Assembly (NCBI GenBank): GCA_965178125.1
Contig: OZ237757.1
Coordinates: 682,001 to 746,000, forward strand
Reading direction: 5' to 3'
DNA length: 64,000 bases
Source: Bilabrum cf. latius
Lineage: Eukaryota
Positions 61,901 through 64,000 of the stretch are shown here, piece by piece. Both the position numbers and the translations under genes were made by a program. Each line of letters begins with the position of its first letter. The stretch's first letter is position 1. The notes below the pieces were generated by a model that saw nothing but the letters and a program-made list of their open reading frames with translations, was not told the DNA's origin and searched no databases.

Positions 61901-64000
61901 CCTCGATCTGCTCCAGGCTCAGCACGTCGTCCAGCGTGGCTTGCATCGACTGCGCCGCTGCCTGGAGCGAGGGCATGGACTCGCGCAGGGTGGCTAATGC
62001 AGCGTCCAGGTCGGCGGTGCTCGTCGATTCAGCGTGCGCGTTGCTTGAGCTGTCCTCGGGTAACACGCACCCCGAGTCCTATGGTGCTTGCAGTGCATCG
62101 CTGTCCTGCAAGCTTGGCGAGAATGCAGTGCATCCTGGGGCAGTGCGGGCAGATGCCCAGGAGGAGCCAAGAGCCACGAGGCCTTGCATGTTCACTTGGC
62201 TCTGGCCCCGATGATATTCGTCACCACCTAGTTCCCTAGGAGTTATGCTGCCACTGTCAACCACGCCGGCCCCTGCATGGCGACCATCCGAAGGTGCAAC
62301 GGACTCGACTTTCCTGCGCAGCCGCCTGCGGATCCCCCCCGCCGCCCTCTCCGCCTCTATCGCAGCATCGCTGGCGAACTCCAGCCCGAGCACCACCGAG
62401 TTCAGAGGCACCCTGCACTCGTGAGAGACGAACCGCAGCCTGGCTCGCAATGCGGCTGCATGTCTGTCCGCCTGCGCCACGGCAGTCTCCAGCTCATCGG
62501 ATTGCACGGCGAACAAATAGAGCGCGCCCAGCACCGCAACCCGGATTGCAAGCCAAGCAAATCTCCAAGCCGACTCGCCTACCGTGTACGCCATCGCAGC
62601 ATCTTCCCAGTCCTCCCGCAGGAGTTGCTGCAACGATCGATCAGCAAGATCTTCCGTGGGACAGGGGAAGAAATCCCGGATGCCTGCGATCAACGTGTAT
62701 GCGCACTGGCAGACAGCCTCGGGGCGAGCAATCAGCGACTCCTGCAGGATATTCACCGCGATAAAGTGAAGGATTGCGGCAGTGGCCATCCCTTTCAGTA
62801 CCACGGCCAAGAGCGTTGTGCGAGATCGCACCTGCCGCACCAGTGCCGCGCCGAGACTGCTCTGTGCCCCCGTCAGTCCCTGTCCACCGGGGTCCACGAG
62901 AGACTCCACGCGACCGTCTCGAGAGCCGAGGAGCAGCGCTGCAGACCTCAACACGTGGTTCTCCGTCGCAGGATAGGTGGGATCATCGCCTTCAGCGCCT
63001 GCCCGGCCGCCTAAAGGACCGCAGCACAAGTCACAGCGCCCGCTAGTGCGATCCGGAGCGCTGCTTTTAAGGTCTGGCTGGCCACTCTGATGCCCACACC
63101 CGGGCGAAATCGCCACACTTGCAGCAACGAAGAACCCGTACGTGTCCGAGGCGGCCAAAATCCACTCGTCGCTGTCCTCCCAGATAGAGCACCACCCCTC
63201 CTTCCGTCCCATGCCGCCCTACTGCTACATAGCGCGACCAACGGTTGAACTGCTGCCAGCGCCTGCTCCTCGTCTGGTCCCTCCTGCGGGCGCCTGCTAG
63301 ATCTTTCGCAGTACCCTCAGGAGGCGCTGCTGGCCGCTGCGCAGCCTGGGAGTTCCTCGTCCTTTGCTAGACGACACATCGTTAGATGCAGCTGGTAGGT
63401 GGCCGCCATCGCATACTTGGTAGCAGCAGCAGGTGCTTATGCATGCGCCCATGCATCGGCACGGCACTCGCCAGCAGCACAGCGCTTTGCAGCACACCGA
63501 GGCGTGGCACTGACCAAAGCACACTGCGCATGAGACGGCAGCGGGAGCATCCGCCCAGTCCCAGGCGATCGTGCTCGTTAGCTCTCGGCTGGCCTCTCTA
63601 GAGCTTGGTGTTGCAGGCCCGCGTCTGGCGGCACCAGTTTCAGGGTCCAGCTGCACGTGAGAGCGCGGTGCAGCAACTGCAGCAGCGGCATGAATCGTGC
63701 TGGTATTGGCGGTCGAAACTGCGGGGGCCGTATCCGACGCAAGGTGAGGCACCGGAGCCACACCGCTTTGGTTGGCACCGAGAGGCGTGACCTTGCCCTT
63801 GCCCTTTGATGTCGATCTCCTCCTTTGCTGCTGGACGGCGTGCCCCCTCAATCTTGCTGCAATCACGTGCTACCCAAAGTGGACATCAGCTCGGTGAAGG
63901 GCCCGCCTCAAGCCCACCGCCGGTGTCAGCACAAAGAGGAGGAATCCCCACAGCGTGAATGCGACATGAACCACGGCAAGCAGCACGATCAGGCCCGGAA
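58953..64000 (-). CDS. Second hybrid histidine kinase, inverted paralog of 15865-22209 (5' end beyond window)
   Basis: ORFs 63297, 62079, 61440, 60585, 59598 and 58953 share one frame and end in TAG except the last. Same H-box, N-box, G1/G2 and receiver motifs; ends TGA. Confidence 0.88.

Noticed and set aside
2-64000. Ciliate-type code 6 (TAA and TAG = Gln)
   Set aside because: No in-frame TAA in long AT-rich viral genes, and TAA ends the ATPase, protease, penton and integrase at the expected positions.

Overview
GC-rich eukaryotic (protist-like) genomic DNA with GT-AG introns in which TAG is a sense codon, almost certainly Gln, while TAA and TGA remain stops. The fragmented ORF track is largely an artefact of this code. 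Host genes: the 3' part of a Rad21/Rec8 kleisin, two paralogous ELWxxDGT-like surface proteins, a sulfatase, a GH27 alpha-galactosidase, a winged-helix (LOTUS/OST-HTH-like) repeat protein, two giant inverted hybrid histidine kinases, a 42-bp tandem array, and a Upf1-like SF1 helicase. The helicase is split in frame by a 24.9-kb AT-rich endogenous virophage (29975-54856) with TG...CA ends, a 5-bp CCGCG target duplication and ~1.6-kb TIRs. The provirus is written in the same UAG=Gln code and looks essentially intact. It encodes an rve integrase-chromodomain, packaging ATPase, cysteine protease, penton, major capsid, Prim-Pol/UL9-like helicase (no protein-primed PolB), an NTase, a P-loop protein and a fibre-like protein. 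It also has 101-nt nested hairpins at both ends, 22 copies of a ~56-bp palindromic intergenic element, a tRNA-like Pol III promoter, and a ~700-bp GC-rich nested insertion that disrupts one small gene. All protein family calls come from motif recognition by eye, not database searches.
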